From a bacterium (lineage in GTDB: Bacteria; UBA8248): a stretch of DNA of 64,000 bases. Numbering within the stretch: the stretch's first letter is position 1; every line of letters begins with the position of its first letter. The notes beneath the pieces were generated by a model. It was not told the origin of the DNA. It was given only the letters and a program-made list of their open reading frames with translations, and searched no databases. Of this stretch, positions 62,977 to 64,000 are shown piece by piece. The position numbers were made by a program, and so were the translations under genes. The stretch is taken from positions 64,001 through 128,000 of the forward strand of contig CBDBZY010000043.1 of NCBI GenBank assembly GCA_965213685.1, read 5' to 3'.

Positions 62977-63954
62977 ATGCGCATCGACGTGCAAACCCAT
63001 CATGTGCCGCGAGCCTACCTCCGGGCGCTCGCCGCCCGCCCGGATTTCCCCCGCTACGAGAGAGCGCGGGATTTCTGGTGGGCGTGGGCCAGCCCGGACG
63101 AGAGGCTCCCCATGCGGCCTCCCGCCCTGGACATCTCCATGAAGCTGGCCGAAATGGACGAGCAGGAAATCGATATTGCCCTAATCAGCATCAACATTCC
63201 AGGCCCGGACCTCGCCAGGGACCCGAATGATGCGGATGCGCTCGCGAGAATCGGCAACGACGCCCTCGCCGAGGCCGCGGCGCTTCACCCGGGGCGATTC
63301 CGCGGCGTGGCCTCGCTCGGCTTCGGGGAGATCGACGCGACGTGCCGGGAGCTCGCGCGCTGCGTGGACGACCTGCGTTTCGTGGCCCTGCAGGTTTTCG
63401 CCTACGTGGGCGGGAGGCGCTATATCGACGACCCCGCCCACGAGCCCCTGTGGAGCCTCCTGGCGGAGCGCGGGGTTCCCCTCGTGCTGCACCCGGGGCC
63501 CTCTCCGTCCGGGCCGCACTACAGGGATCACTGGCTGGGGCCGATGATCGGCTTCATGTTCGACGAGTGCCTGGCGGCGCTTCGGCTCATTCTGGGCGGC
63601 GTGCTGGAGCGGCACCCCGGCCTCAAGGTGCTCTTGCCGCACGGGGGCGCCTCGCTCCCGCTGTTCATCGGGCGGGTGGACAGCCTGAGCGCCCGCTACC
63701 GCGACGAGCAGGAGCACATCACCCGGCCGCCGGGGGAATACTTCGAGCGCTTTTGCACGGACACGGTGGTGCATTCGCAGACGGCGCTGGAATTCGCCCT
63801 GCAGGAGATGGGGCCGTCGCGCATGATGTTCGCCAGCGACGCCCCCTGGGTGCCCGTGAAGCGGCACGTGGACATGGTGGAGTCCCTCGCGCTTTCCCCC
63901 GAGGATGCGGAGCGGATATGGAGCGGCACGGCCCGGGCGTTTTTCGGGCTGTAG
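62977..63954 (+). CDS. Amidohydrolase family 2 (ACMSD-like) protein
   Basis: IDVQTH, VLHP, LPHGG and MFASDAPW. Confidence 0.87.
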   Translation: MRIDVQTHHVPRAYLRALAARPDFPRYERARDFWWAWASPDERLPMRPPALDISMKLAEMDEQEIDIALISINIPGPDLARDPNDADALARIGNDALAEAAALHPGRFRGVASLGFGEIDATCRELARCVDDLRFVALQVFAYVGGRRYIDDPAHEPLWSLLAERGVPLVLHPGPSPSGPHYRDHWLGPMIGFMFDECLAALRLILGGVLERHPGLKVLLPHGGASLPLFIGRVDSLSARYRDEQEHITRPPGEYFERFCTDTVVHSQTALEFALQEMGPSRMMFASDAPWVPVKRHVDMVESLALSPEDAERIWSGTARAFFGL

Positions 63955-64000
63955 GGGGGCCTCTAGGCGTCGCTTCTGAGCAGCATCCGCTTCACGTCGT

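Noticed and set aside
63963-64000. C-terminus of a minus-strand gene (…DVKRMLLRSDA*)
   Set aside because: Too short to assign a product.

Overview
A high-GC bacterial chromosomal window, mostly housekeeping genes: rny-ymdB, methylmalonyl-CoA mutase, alaS, mlaEDC, ltaE, csp, an EF-G paralogue, pyrE, bioA, thiSGE, acs, recN-nadK-dtd and glgAC. The gene mix suggests a Nitrospinota/Tectomicrobia- or deltaproteobacteria-like lineage (inference only). Several genes carry single-base indels typical of long-read assembly. Six features stand out. (1) A head-to-tail triplet of stand-alone HsdR-N-type PD-(D/E)xK nuclease genes (37.3-40.9 kb). Each has a variable, SeqA-C-like C-terminal domain between near-identical DNA blocks, the copies are mosaic, and each unit starts with a copy of the acs 3' end. 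(2) An 11-gene type II FAS/PKS cluster (47.2-56.9 kb) with two canonical KS, two degenerate KS, two FabZ, an oversized ACP, a dedicated AcpS and an LpxL-type acyltransferase. (3) A UGSC selenoprotein that the ORF caller split at an in-frame UGA, followed by a SECIS-like hairpin. (4) Tandem NrdR-like boxes in front of a 76-aa orphan ORF rather than a ribonucleotide reductase. (5) A truncated dndC coupled to a DUF262-DUF1524 (GmrSD/SspE-like) nuclease. (6) A low-GC type II R-M cassette. No rRNA, tRNA, CRISPR array, integrase or transposase was recognised.
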